Shown piece by piece: positions 1 to 10,476 of a DNA stretch of 41,697 nt. The number at the start of each line of letters is the position of its first letter. Within the stretch, counting starts at the first letter, position 1. The DNA comes from Vulcanimicrobiales bacterium (GTDB lineage Bacteria; Vulcanimicrobiota; Vulcanimicrobiia; Vulcanimicrobiales; Vulcanimicrobiaceae). A program made the translations under genes and the position numbers. The DNA lies in NCBI GenBank assembly GCA_038231455.1, contig JBBRLI010000027.1, positions 1-41,697 of the forward strand. The letters are read 5' to 3'. The notes below the pieces were generated by a model that ran no database searches, had not been told where the DNA came from, and saw only the letters and a program-made list of their open reading frames with translations.

Positions 1-309
1 AACGGCGATGAGATGCCCTTTACGCACGTACCCGAGGCGATGCAATATTTCGGCCATGCGCATCGCGACGGTGGTTTTTCCGGTGCCCGGGCCGCCTGTG
101 AATGACATGTGCAGCGGCGGCGGCTCGGTCGCCAGGCCGATCTGCGCGCGCAGCCGGTCGACGAGGAGCAGTGCGGCGATCTCGCGGATGCGTGTCTTCA
201 CCGGTGCGAGGCCGATGAGGTCAACGTCGAGTTGGCTGAAGATTTCGCCGATGCGCGAATCGGCGAAAGCCGCGTCGATATCGAGCGCGGCTGTCTGCTC
301 GGTGATCAT
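1..309 (-). CDS. cbbX: CbbX RuBisCO activase (AAA+), N-terminal part; runs off window start
   Basis: Not in ORF track. Manual translation from ATG 309 (ATGA overlap with cbbS stop): [10 protein letters not shown]...[24 protein letters not shown]...[38 protein letters not shown], with Walker A; follows cbbLS. Confidence 0.95.
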   Translation of the reverse strand, partial: MITEQTAALDIDAAFADSRIGEIFSQLDVDLIGLAPVKTRIREIAALLLVDRLRAQIGLATEPPPLHMSFTGGPGTGKTTVAMRMAEILHRLGYVRKGHLIAV

Positions 310-728
310 TCGCTGTAGCGCGATCCTTCGGGACGATCGAGGGCGTAGGCGTGCGTGCTGTAGTGCACCTGGCGGTCGGCGCCCTCCTGACGATCCAGAC
401 GGAAGCCGGGTTCGTGCGCGGGACGGTTCACGATGAAGCTCAGGGCCGTTGTTTGTCGTCCGTAGTTCGCGTCGTACGCGTTGATTTTGATGTACTTGTC
501 GCCGTGGGCGTCGCGTGCACGCTTCAGTTCATCCATGATGCCGGCAGCGTCGTGGATATCGAACATCGGCAGTCCCCACATCTCCCAGTAGTTGTTGCGC
601 GGGTGCGGGTCGTCGGTGTACTCGATCGAGATCGGCCATTTGTTATCGAGCGCGTATTGGACCTGCGCGCGGACCTGCGTGTCGGTGAGCGGGGGCAGAA
701 ACGAGAACGTGCCTTGCGTGAGAATCAT
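306..728 (-). CDS. cbbS: RuBisCO small subunit, red-type
   Basis: [35 protein letters not shown]-terminal extension [18 protein letters not shown] typical of red-type SSU. Confidence 0.97.
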   Translation of the reverse strand: MILTQGTFSFLPPLTDTQVRAQVQYALDNKWPISIEYTDDPHPRNNYWEMWGLPMFDIHDAAGIMDELKRARDAHGDKYIKINAYDANYGRQTTALSFIVNRPAHEPGFRLDRQEGADRQVHYSTHAYALDRPEGSRYSE

Positions 729-737
729 CGTGCGCTC

Positions 738-2286
<1,549 letters not shown>

Positions 2287-2293
<7 letters not shown>

Positions 2294-3165
2294 CACTCAA
2301 CCAGGTTCGCACGTTCCTCGAGGTCGCACGGACGGGCTCCGTCCGCGAGGCGGCGGAGTCGCTGGTCGTCTCGCAGCCGGCGGTCTCATCGGCCCTTGCC
2401 GGCTTGCAGCGCGAGATCGGGGCGCCCGTGGTCGAGCGTGACGGCCGGGGCGTGCGGCTCACTGCGGCCGGTTCGTGCCTTGCGACCTACGGTTCGCGTA
2501 TTTTCGCGCTCCTAGAAGAAGCGGTCGCCGAGGCGCGGCTGGCCGCCACTCCTGGCGCCGGGCGCGTTCGGATCGCGGCCGTCACGACGGCGGCCGAACA
2601 GCTCTTGCCAGAATTGCTCGGCGGCTTTCGTCACGCCGCTCCGCTGGTCGATGTCGATCTGGAAGTCGCCAACAAAGATCGGGTCTGGGAGCGGCTTGCA
2701 CACTGGGAGTGCGATCTGGTGCTCGCGGGTCGGCCACCGCAAGGCGCGCGGTTGCGAACGCTCGCGATCCGGCCAAACGGTGTCGTGATCGTCGCACAAC
2801 CGGGCCGAACGTTTGCGCCCGCAGATCTCGCGAGCGCGACGTGGCTCTTGCGCGAAGCGGGTTCCGGGACGCGCGATACGACGGAATTCGTGTTCGGCGA
2901 ACTCGGCATCTCGCCGCCGGTTCTCACGATCGGTTCGAACGGGGCGATCCGCGAGTGCGTGCGCGTCGGCCTCGGCGTCTCGCTGCTCTCGCGCGATGCG
3001 GTCGCGCGAGAAATTAACGATGGGACCCTCGCCGAAGTGCCGACGCCGGTGACGCCGCTCGTGCGCGACTGGCATTTGGTCGCAAGCGACGAACGACCAC
3101 TTTCGGCGGGAGCGCAGCGATTTCTCGACTACGTCATCGCCGGCGGAGCGTTTACGGCAACATGA
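2287..3165 (+). CDS. cbbR: LysR-family regulator CbbR
   Basis: LysR HTH (SVREAAESLVVSQPAVSSAL), SGTR and GSNGAIRECV motifs; divergent from cbbL. Confidence 0.9.
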
Positions 3166-4283
3166 TTCACGACGATGCGGCCCTGCGTGACGAAGGCGCG
3201 ATCCTCGATTTGCTCGTTGCGGCGTTGCCGCATCTGCGCGGCGGCCTGCGCGGCGAGTCGGCCGGATTCACCGCACAACTCTTGCACGATTACCTGGGAC
3301 TCGATGCCGCGGCCGTGGTCTCGCCCGATGCGGTGCTCGCATACGTCGGCGCCGGTTCGGACCATCATGTAGTCGGCGGCCCCAATCTCACCGATCTTAC
3401 CGCGCGCACGATGCTCTCCGGGAACCCGTATACCGCGCACGATCGAAAAGAAATCGGATGTCCCGAGCCTAGCTGTCCGCTCACGGCCGTCGTGATCGCG
3501 CCGCTCATCGTGCGCGGTAACGTCGTAGGCGCGTTCAAACTTTACCGCACGAACGGGCGTCCGATTCGCGAGCGGGATGAAAAAGTCGCCTTCGGCCTTG
3601 CGCGCGTGTTCAGCGTCTATCTCGAAGTCGCTGAACTCGATGCCCGCGCAGCGCTCGTCACGCGCGCGGAGCTCGATGCCTTGCGCGCACAAATCTCTCC
3701 GCACTTCTTGTTCAACACGCTCACGACGATTGCCGCGCTCACGCGTAAGAACCCGGCTCGCGCGCACGATCTAATCGTTGATTTCGCCGATTTCTTCCGC
3801 GAGACGCTCGCCAATCACGGCGAACTCGTGACGCTCGACGACGAACTGATCAACGTCGAACGCTATCTGCGCTTTGAAGAAGCGCGCTTTGGCGAGCGCT
3901 TGCAAACGACGTTTGCGATCGAACCGCGCGCGCGTCTAGCGCTCGTGCCGGTGCTCGTCGTGCAGCCGCTCGTGGAGAATGCGATCGCGCATGGGCTCGC
4001 ACCGCGCAATGGCCTGGGGACCGTTCGCGTTGCGGCGCATGCATTCGAGGGCGGCTACGAAATCGCCGTTACCGACGACGGCGTTGGCATCGCCGATGAG
4101 ATTCGGGCCCAACTCCTCGAACGCGGCGCCGGCAACGGCAACGGCAACGGCGTCGGACTCAGCAACGTGCACGAACGCCTGATCGGTCTCTTTGGGCCGC
4201 ACAGCGGCCTGCGGATCACCAGCTCCCGCGATGTGGGGACGACCGTCGCGTTTTGGGTTCCACCGACCCCGGCGAACGCATGA
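3162..4283 (+). CDS. LytS/YehU-family sensor histidine kinase, no transmembrane region
   Basis: H-box AQISPHFLFNTL, QPLVENAIAHG, DDGVG, GVGLSNV; GAF-like N-terminal region (IGCPEPSCPL); ATGA overlap with cbbR. Confidence 0.92.
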   Translation: MIHDDAALRDEGAILDLLVAALPHLRGGLRGESAGFTAQLLHDYLGLDAAAVVSPDAVLAYVGAGSDHHVVGGPNLTDLTARTMLSGNPYTAHDRKEIGCPEPSCPLTAVVIAPLIVRGNVVGAFKLYRTNGRPIRERDEKVAFGLARVFSVYLEVAELDARAALVTRAELDALRAQISPHFLFNTLTTIAALTRKNPARAHDLIVDFADFFRETLANHGELVTLDDELINVERYLRFEEARFGERLQTTFAIEPRARLALVPVLVVQPLVENAIAHGLAPRNGLGTVRVAAHAFEGGYEIAVTDDGVGIADEIRAQLLERGAGNGNGNGVGLSNVHERLIGLFGPHSGLRITSSRDVGTTVAFWVPPTPANA

Positions 4284-4999
4284 AGGCCCTCGTCGTCGAT
4301 GACGAGCCGCTGGTTCGCAGCGAGCTCGTCTACGCGCTCGGTCGTGTTGCCGAAGATCTGGACGTGACCGAAGCCGAGAGTGCCGTCACCGCCTTCGCGC
4401 TGCTTGCAGAACGGCCGTTCGACGTCATCTTTCTCGATATTGGGTTGCCCGATATCAGCGGCCTCGAAGCGATGACGGTCATCAAGAAGCTGCGTCGCCC
4501 GCCAGTCGTGGTGTTTGTGACGGCGTACGACGAACATGCGCTCGAAGCGTTCGAACTCGCCGCGACCGACTACGTCGTCAAGCCGGTAAGTGAAGCGCGG
4601 CTCGCGCAGACGGTCGCGCGCGTGCGCGCTCAAATCGAGCGTAAACCCGCGAGCGGCGACAAGAGCGCCGGTCGGATCCCGCTCGAACGTGACGAACGCA
4701 CGCTGCTCGTGCGCATCGATGATGTCCGGGTCGTGCACGCGAACGGTCATCTGGTCACCGCGCAGACCTTCGACCAAGCCCTGCGCTTTCGCGGCTCGCT
4801 CGGTGAGGCCGCCGCCCGCTTGGAGCCGCATGGATTCTTACGCGTGCATCGTAGCTATCTTGTGAACCCCGAACACGTGGTGGAAGTCACGCCGTTTTTC
4901 GGCGGTAGTTACGTCTTGCGCGTTGACGACAAGGCGCGCAGCGAGGTGCCCGTTTCGCGCGGCTACTTTCCGGTCGTTAAAAAAGCGTTCGGCCTCTAG
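4280..4999 (+). CDS. LytTR-family response regulator
   Basis: Receiver VVDDE...FLDI...FVTAY...DYVVKP; LytTR FLRVHRSYLVN and VPVSR; start ATG 4280 overlaps kinase stop. Confidence 0.95.
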   Translation: MKALVVDDEPLVRSELVYALGRVAEDLDVTEAESAVTAFALLAERPFDVIFLDIGLPDISGLEAMTVIKKLRRPPVVVFVTAYDEHALEAFELAATDYVVKPVSEARLAQTVARVRAQIERKPASGDKSAGRIPLERDERTLLVRIDDVRVVHANGHLVTAQTFDQALRFRGSLGEAAARLEPHGFLRVHRSYLVNPEHVVEVTPFFGGSYVLRVDDKARSEVPVSRGYFPVVKKAFGL

Positions 5000-5085
5000 C
5001 TCACGGCGGGTTTAGCAAGCGGTCGATTCGGGCACGAATCGCGTCCACGCCATCTTGCGTGCCGCTGAGGTCTCTTTTGGATCAA

Positions 5086-5295
5086 ATGTTGACGTGCCGG
5101 AATTGCGACCACGTGATTGGCGTTCATACGGCTCAGGGATGTACGCATCGTTTGCGACTACGCACCGACTGTGATTGTTTTTTCGACCAAACCGACGTCC
5201 TCGATGCGGCGCTCCTTGACGAAGAAGTTCGTCGCACGGGAATCCTCGGGACGGCCTATGCCGTGCCGGTCCGCCCGAGTCCGACGCGAGCATAG
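5086..5295 (+). CDS. Small Cys/His-rich hypothetical protein (about 69 aa)
   Basis: MLTCRNCDHVIGVHTAQGC...CDC; fills the gap between LytTR and thioredoxin on the same strand. Confidence 0.5.
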   Translation: MLTCRNCDHVIGVHTAQGCTHRLRLRTDCDCFFDQTDVLDAALLDEEVRRTGILGTAYAVPVRPSPTRA

Positions 5296-5361
5296 TCGAG
5301 GGATCGACGAACCAGATATTCCACGATAGCGATTTACGGTCGGGCACGATACAATACGCTC

Positions 5362-5718
5362 ATGCAAACAGCAGAACTGATCCAGACGGTAACCGGCAGC
5401 GCATTCAAAACTTCGGTTCTGGAGGGGACCGGGCCGATAGCCGTTGAGTTCATGTCGTACGGATGCGCGCACTGTCGCGTGCTGGAGCCGATTCTGCAGC
5501 AAGCGGCTGACCGGGTGAAGGCGCGAGAGCATGTTTTCCGCGTGAACGTGGCCGTTGAACGAGAGCTCGCCGAGCGCTACCAACTCGAGGGAACGCCGAC
5601 GCTGGTAATGTTTCTGAACGCCCAAGAGGTCGGACGAACGGAAGGACCGCACCCGACGCTCTCAGGGGTCATGTCCGCGATCACCGGGCCGTTCGATTCC
5701 CTCAAGCAAGGATCGTAG
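5362..5718 (+). CDS. Thioredoxin-family protein
   Basis: VEFMSYGCAHC CxxC, cis-Pro motif GTPTLVMF; TACAAT 6 nt before the ATG. Confidence 0.88.
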   Translation: MQTAELIQTVTGSAFKTSVLEGTGPIAVEFMSYGCAHCRVLEPILQQAADRVKAREHVFRVNVAVERELAERYQLEGTPTLVMFLNAQEVGRTEGPHPTLSGVMSAITGPFDSLKQGS

Positions 5719-5719
5719 G

Positions 5720-6241
5720 GTGCAGACGATACCGGCACCCATCTTGCTCTTCAATGGTGAATGTGCCGTCTGTCGCAGCATCGCGCACTGGGTGGGCGTA
5801 TCGGCACAAGGGGTTCCCGTTGGCGCGCGCATCGACGAACGACCGATCGGCGATGATCCTGCGGCCCTGCGTTCGCTCAATCCCGATCTCGACATCTGGG
5901 CGGCGTATGAAACCATTCATCTCCTGATGCCGGATGGTTCGATGAAAGTTGGGGGCGAGGCCGTCGCGGAGGTGCTACGGAGCCTGCCGAACTGTCGGTG
6001 GTTCGCTTGGACCTTCGATCTCAAATTGCTGGGATTCCGACCGTTTCAGCTACTCCTGGACGCCGGCTATTTCGTGCTGGCCGATGTGCGCCCGCTTCTG
6101 GGTTGTGAGAGTTGCGGTATCCCGAGTCCCCCGGTCAAATTCATTCGGTCGCTGATCGATCGGCTGCTGCAGGCTCGTCCGGGCAAGACTCGGGCTCCGC
6201 ATTTCACCGCTTCGAATCGCGCGGTGAAACCGACGGCATGA
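5720..6241 (+). CDS. DCC1-like thiol-disulfide oxidoreductase (DUF393)
   Basis: LLFNGECAVC N-terminal motif and GGEAVAEVL; starts 1 nt after the thioredoxin stop. Confidence 0.78.
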   Translation: MQTIPAPILLFNGECAVCRSIAHWVGVSAQGVPVGARIDERPIGDDPAALRSLNPDLDIWAAYETIHLLMPDGSMKVGGEAVAEVLRSLPNCRWFAWTFDLKLLGFRPFQLLLDAGYFVLADVRPLLGCESCGIPSPPVKFIRSLIDRLLQARPGKTRAPHFTASNRAVKPTA

Positions 6242-6291
6242 CGCGCGCGGGATAGTCGGCATTGCTCTCTCCGGCGAACGGGTACGCTTCG

Positions 6292-6429
6292 ATCGTGCTT
6301 CCGGCGATGCAGGCGTCCGACTACGAACGCGATTTGTTTTACGAAAGAGAGCTCCGAACCGTCACCGCAAACACGCGTGTCGACGGTTGGGAGTTCCTAA
6401 GAATGGCTGGCGAGATCGGGATCACCGGA
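6292..6429 (+). pseudogene. Remnant of a zinc-binding alcohol dehydrogenase (C-terminal segment)
   Basis: DYERDLFYERELRTVTANTRVDGWEFLRMAGEIGIT resembles the ERxxRSVTANTRxDxxEFL segment of AdhA-like enzymes; the rest of the gene is absent. Confidence 0.6.
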
Positions 6430-6432
6430 TGC

Positions 6433-7110
6433 TTAGCGGCCCGCAAGCGTTTTGATTGGCCGCAAGGCGAAGAGCGCCTCGCCGGAATCGCCGACCGCCC
6501 CGAGCGTGGCGAGCGCCACACTGCTTTCGCGAAACGTCGCGATCTCGGCAGTGTGTTCGAACTGGTAGATGAGCGCGGTTCCCACCGGATCGTCGGACGT
6601 CAAGGCGATCGCTCCGCGAAATCCGGACGCCGCGGCGAGCGGCTTGTGAAGACCGTCAAGCGCAACGTCTGCCTTTCCAATATGCTCGAACGAGCATGCG
6701 CTTTGGGTTCCGGGATCGAGCACGCTCTCGCCGAAAGTCTCCGCAACGCGGTGCAGCCTCAGCGTTCGTGACTCGGCGTTTGCCCGATGTTCGGCAAAAA
6801 CGTGGTGATCGTCCCAGGCCGCCGCGAGACGCCGATACGCCTCGTGGCCGTCGAGTTCGACAAGTGCCAAAACCCGCCGGTCGTTTGCCGAACGAAAGAC
6901 GACGGCGCTATGCGCGTGTGGGCCCGAGGTTTGCGCCTTTTCGATGAGGCTCTCGAAGCTCGCGATTTCCGCATCAACGCGTTGCGCTGCGACATTTGCG
7001 ATCGCGATCGCCCACCAAGAACCAGTCGAAAAACGAATCGCAGGTCCCCCGGTGCGATGATCCACCAGCGTGTGCCGCTCGCGGTCTTCGTGTGGTCGCG
7101 ACATCGTCAA
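6433..7110 (-). CDS. Hypothetical protein, possibly tandem ABM-like (dimeric alpha-beta barrel) domains
   Basis: 225-aa ORF with GAGGA upstream; two similar beta-beta-alpha segments (VVFRSANDRRVLALVEL / IALTSDDPVGTALIYQF). Confidence 0.55.
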   Translation of the reverse strand: MTMSRPHEDRERHTLVDHRTGGPAIRFSTGSWWAIAIANVAAQRVDAEIASFESLIEKAQTSGPHAHSAVVFRSANDRRVLALVELDGHEAYRRLAAAWDDHHVFAEHRANAESRTLRLHRVAETFGESVLDPGTQSACSFEHIGKADVALDGLHKPLAAASGFRGAIALTSDDPVGTALIYQFEHTAEIATFRESSVALATLGAVGDSGEALFALRPIKTLAGR

Positions 7111-7259
7111 TCCTCATTTCGGCAGTGCGCCCGCAAGCCGGGAGCCAGCTGGTTATGTCCCAACGATACCCAATCGGGTATCGTTGAAATCATTGGCAGC
7201 CTCACCCGACGGAAGCCGCGCCCGGCGAGCCTTCCCAGCCGAGCACGCGTGCGACGAGT

Positions 7260-7647
7260 CCGGTGCGGTTCCGGATGAGCGGCGAGCTCCGGCTCGAAGC
7301 CAGTCATCGCGATATGGTGTTGATCCCGAGCATTGCTTGCAAGGATCACCGTCAAATCTTCGTCGAGCACGTACAACGCTTCATCGGGCGCGCCGACGAG
7401 TGACGCGGAATGCTCGTCGCGTGCGGCGGCATGGGCGCTTGTCGTCGTTCGCCGAGGATCCGCGAAGAGGCTCGCGTACGGCATCGGTTTGATTGCTCTC
7501 AAATTCGCGTCTGATTTGTGCAAGCCTCAGGTCGTGTTCGTCGGATGCGAGCAGCCGTGCGATCTGCACGACGGAGTCGTTGAGCGCGAACGCCCAGCTA
7601 GAAGACGGAAAGACGCGAAGAATATCGCTGATGATGGTACGGAGCAA
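7260..7647 (-). pseudogene. Possible frameshifted gene remnant, function unknown
   Basis: Protein-like text switches frame (ISDILRVFPSSSWAFAL... then ...DEALYVLDEDLTVILAS); no intact ORF. Confidence 0.25.
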
Positions 7648-7769
7648 GCCGGTTTCGGGGATCGTGTCGAACGTGATGCAAAAAAAGATGACTCTATTTT
7701 TGTCCTTGGCTCATAGATATTGAACTTGCTCGCATTTTGTTAAATACTCTGGTGGCGAAACGCTGGCGC

Positions 7770-8042
7770 ATGCGAGTGGAAATCTGGACGAAGTTGCTCG
7801 GCAATTTGACGCTCGATCCGATCATGACGATCACGCATAGCTTCGTCGGCGAAGCCGCCGCCGACGAGCGCGTTGCGTTCGCGCCGCGCACAGGTTGATT
7901 CCGAGACGTCGATTTCCAGGATCGCGATGTGCGGCAGTCGATGACGATTGCGCCGAGCGTCCATACCGTCGTCGAACTGGGCGAGCGCGTAGGGGTGCCG
8001 GCGACGCGGCGTGTGCTCGCGCTCGTTTTGTTGCTCGACCGC
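7770..8042 (+). pseudogene. Remnant of 2-dehydropantoate 2-reductase (ApbA/PanE C-terminal domain)
   Basis: One frame gives MRVEIWTKLLGNLTLDPI..., in-frame TGA at 7896, then ...VVELGERVGVPATRRVLALVLLLDR; both blocks resemble ApbA_C, with the middle shortened. Confidence 0.6.
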
Positions 8043-8051
8043 ACGCCCCCG

Positions 8052-8122
8052 TGCCATTCGCGGGCGAAAATCGACGTTTCACGCACGGACCGGTGCGCCC
8101 GGGGCCATGCACGCGATAGTCT
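8052..8122 (+). promoter_or_regulatory. Candidate prk promoter with a LytTR-like degenerate direct repeat
   Basis: TGCCATTCGC (8052-8061) and GACGTTTCAC (8073-8082), 21-bp period; candidate -10 TAGTCT at 8117-8122. Confidence 0.3.
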
Positions 8123-8160
8123 TTGCGGACCAGCCTTGGTCTTCGGGAGTATCTTCTGCC

Positions 8161-9081
8161 GTGAAACGCCCTATCATGATCGCCGTGGGCGGCGATTCCG
8201 GTACCGGAAAATCGACGCTCTGCCGCGGTATTTACGATATCTTCGGCGAGGAGCGCATCGAGACGATCTGCTTGGATGACTATCACGCCCTCGACCGCGC
8301 GCAGCGCAAAGCCGTGGGACTCACCGCACTCGATCCGCGCGCGAACAACTTTGCGGCGATGGAAGAAGACTTGTGGACGCTACGCGAAGGCGGCCCCATT
8401 TCCAAGCCCATTTACGATCATGGCGACGGGACGTTTAAAGGCCCCGAAACGATCGTGCCAAAGGACATCATCGTGGTCCAGGGCCTCTTCCCACTCTACA
8501 CCCGTGCTCTGCGATCGCTTTTCGATGTGATGGTGTGGCTCGACCCGGAGATCGAACTGAAAATTGATTGGAAAGTCCGGCGCGACGTCACGCAGCGTGG
8601 ATATAGCGAAGCCGAAGTGCGCGCCGAAATAGAAAAACGGCAGCCCGATATTGCCGCACACATCAACCCGCAAGGCCAACACGCCGATCTGACGGTCAGG
8701 TTCATGCGTCCGGCCGACTATGCGAGCAAGCCCGACAACGCGCGCCTCTCGGCCCGCATTCGTAAGAGCAGCCGCTTCTCGCCGCTGGACTATCGCGAGT
8801 TCGCTGACTCGAGCACGCACTTCAACTTGATCGAGTCGACGAACGGTTTCCCAGAGACGATCATCGAGATCGACGGCGGAGTACCGGATTCGCTCTCGCA
8901 CGCGTTGCAAGATAAAATTTGGGCGCACATGGACTCGCATGCGCATTTGCGACCGGAGGCTTTGGGAACGTTTAGCGATTCCAGCGGTCTGCGTGTGAGC
9001 CACTCGCTCGCGCTCGCTCAATTGCTGATAGCCCGCCGCGTGTGTCTGGTTGAAAACGGGCTGATGCAGGGAGCCGCCTAG
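8161..9081 (+). CDS. prk: Phosphoribulokinase (cyanobacterial/plant-like type)
   Basis: GDSGTGKST P-loop, ICLDDYH, TALDPRANNF, KPIYDH; GTG start at 8161 preceded by GGGAG. Confidence 0.92.
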   Translation: MKRPIMIAVGGDSGTGKSTLCRGIYDIFGEERIETICLDDYHALDRAQRKAVGLTALDPRANNFAAMEEDLWTLREGGPISKPIYDHGDGTFKGPETIVPKDIIVVQGLFPLYTRALRSLFDVMVWLDPEIELKIDWKVRRDVTQRGYSEAEVRAEIEKRQPDIAAHINPQGQHADLTVRFMRPADYASKPDNARLSARIRKSSRFSPLDYREFADSSTHFNLIESTNGFPETIIEIDGGVPDSLSHALQDKIWAHMDSHAHLRPEALGTFSDSSGLRVSHSLALAQLLIARRVCLVENGLMQGAA

Positions 9082-10061
9082 TGCCGCGTCGGCGCGAGGA
9101 TGCGCGCATCGAATTCGAATTCGTGCGCGCGACCGAAGCCGCAGCAATCGCCTCGGGGCGGCTCATCGGACTCGGCGATAAAAATGCCGTCGACCAAGCC
9201 GCCGTCGATGCGATGCGCCTCGTGCTCGGCGACGTGGACGTAGCCGGCACCGTCGTGATCGGCGAAGGCGAAAAAGATGAGGCGCCGATGCTCTACATCG
9301 GCGAAGAAGTCGGCACGGGCGATGGTCCCGCGCTCGACATCGCAGTCGATCCGATCGATGGCACGACGCTCGCATCGCGCGGCGGTCCCGGAGCGATTTC
9401 GGTCGTGGCTGCGGCCGAACGCGGGTCGCTCTTCAATACCCGTCTGCCGTATATGGATAAGATCGTCGTCGGACCGGCGGGCCGAGGGCTCGTGTCGATC
9501 GGTGCATCCGTACGCAGCAACGTAAACGCGCTCGCGCGCGCGATGGGGCGGAACGTCGCGGATATCACCGTGGCTCTGCTCGATCGGCCGCGCAACGAAC
9601 ACTACGTGCGCGAGTTGCGCGAAGTTGGCGCGCGCGTACGGCTCTTCACGGACGGCGACGTTGCAAATGCGATCATCGCGACGTTGACCGAGCGCGAGCG
9701 CATCGACATGATGATGGGGATCGGCGGCGCACCCGAAGGCGTCGTCACCGCGTGCGCCGTCAAAGCGCTCGGCGGCGACATGCAGGCGCGGTTGTGGCCG
9801 CGCGACGAGCGCGACGAACTGCTCGCGCGCGAAGAAGGTCTGGACATCACGAAAATCCTCACGCTCGACGATCTCTGCGCATCCGATTACGCGCTGCTCG
9901 CGGCGACGGGCGTCACCGACGGCGAGATGCTCGCCGGCGTTCGTTACGCCGACGGCTTTGCGTACACGCAATCGATCGTGATCTCGACGCTCACCAATTC
10001 ACTGCGAACGCAGGACTGCCGGCACAAGCTGCTCTCCGTCCCGGCGATTTCCGTCCGTTAG
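9081..10061 (+). CDS. glpX: Class II fructose-1,6-bisphosphatase (FBP/SBPase)
   Basis: VVIGEGEKDEAPMLYIGE, DPIDGT, YMDK, DGDV, GIGGAPEGV, ATGVTDG. Confidence 0.96.
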   Translation: MPRRREDARIEFEFVRATEAAAIASGRLIGLGDKNAVDQAAVDAMRLVLGDVDVAGTVVIGEGEKDEAPMLYIGEEVGTGDGPALDIAVDPIDGTTLASRGGPGAISVVAAAERGSLFNTRLPYMDKIVVGPAGRGLVSIGASVRSNVNALARAMGRNVADITVALLDRPRNEHYVRELREVGARVRLFTDGDVANAIIATLTERERIDMMMGIGGAPEGVVTACAVKALGGDMQARLWPRDERDELLAREEGLDITKILTLDDLCASDYALLAATGVTDGEMLAGVRYADGFAYTQSIVISTLTNSLRTQDCRHKLLSVPAISVR

Positions 10062-10072
10062 CGAACGGCGCC

Positions 10073-10390
10073 ATGCACAAAGAGAATCTCCGCGCGGTCG
10101 CGGCCGCCATGGTCGCGCCGGGCAGCATGGTGATTGCCGGAAAGAAGTCGCCGGTGCAAGCCTCCGTCGCACAAGTCGCCGCTTCGACCCTCGACGTACT
10201 CGGACAAACGGTCCCGGCGGCGTGCGCCGGAATCGCATTTCTCTCCGGCGGTCAAGGCAACGAGCTTGCAACGCTGCACCTCGATGCGATGAACCGGCAA
10301 GATGCGCGGTTGAAGAAGTGGCCGCTGACGTTCTCGTGTGGACGTGCGTCGCAGCAGCCGACGCTCGAGGCACCGCGCAGCTCGCGGTAA
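10073..10390 (+). pseudogene. Class I fructose-bisphosphate aldolase with a large in-frame internal deletion
   Basis: N-terminus MHKENLRAVAAAMVAPG joined directly to SMVIAGKK...VPAACAGIAFLSGGQ...WPLTFSCGRASQQP; KGILAADES and the Schiff-base Lys segment are missing; C-terminus truncated. Confidence 0.85.
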
Positions 10391-10476
10391 AGTACGCGAC
10401 GGCGTAACATTTGTTCGGTTTGGTTCGTTCACGGGAAGACTTCCATCAAATTCCTTTCCGCTGGAGAACGAACCGA

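Noticed and set aside
8-436. Plus-strand ORFs over cbbX/cbbS, and the many antisense ORFs elsewhere
   Set aside because: Shadow frames of well-supported genes in GC-rich DNA; no motifs.
5086-5295. CP12 identity for the small Cys-rich protein
   Set aside because: No AWDxVEEL core or C-terminal Cys pair typical of CP12.
9752-10072. 212-aa ORF 9752-10390 as an intact gene
   Set aside because: The first 107 codons are an alternative frame of glpX; only 10073 onward is aldolase-derived.
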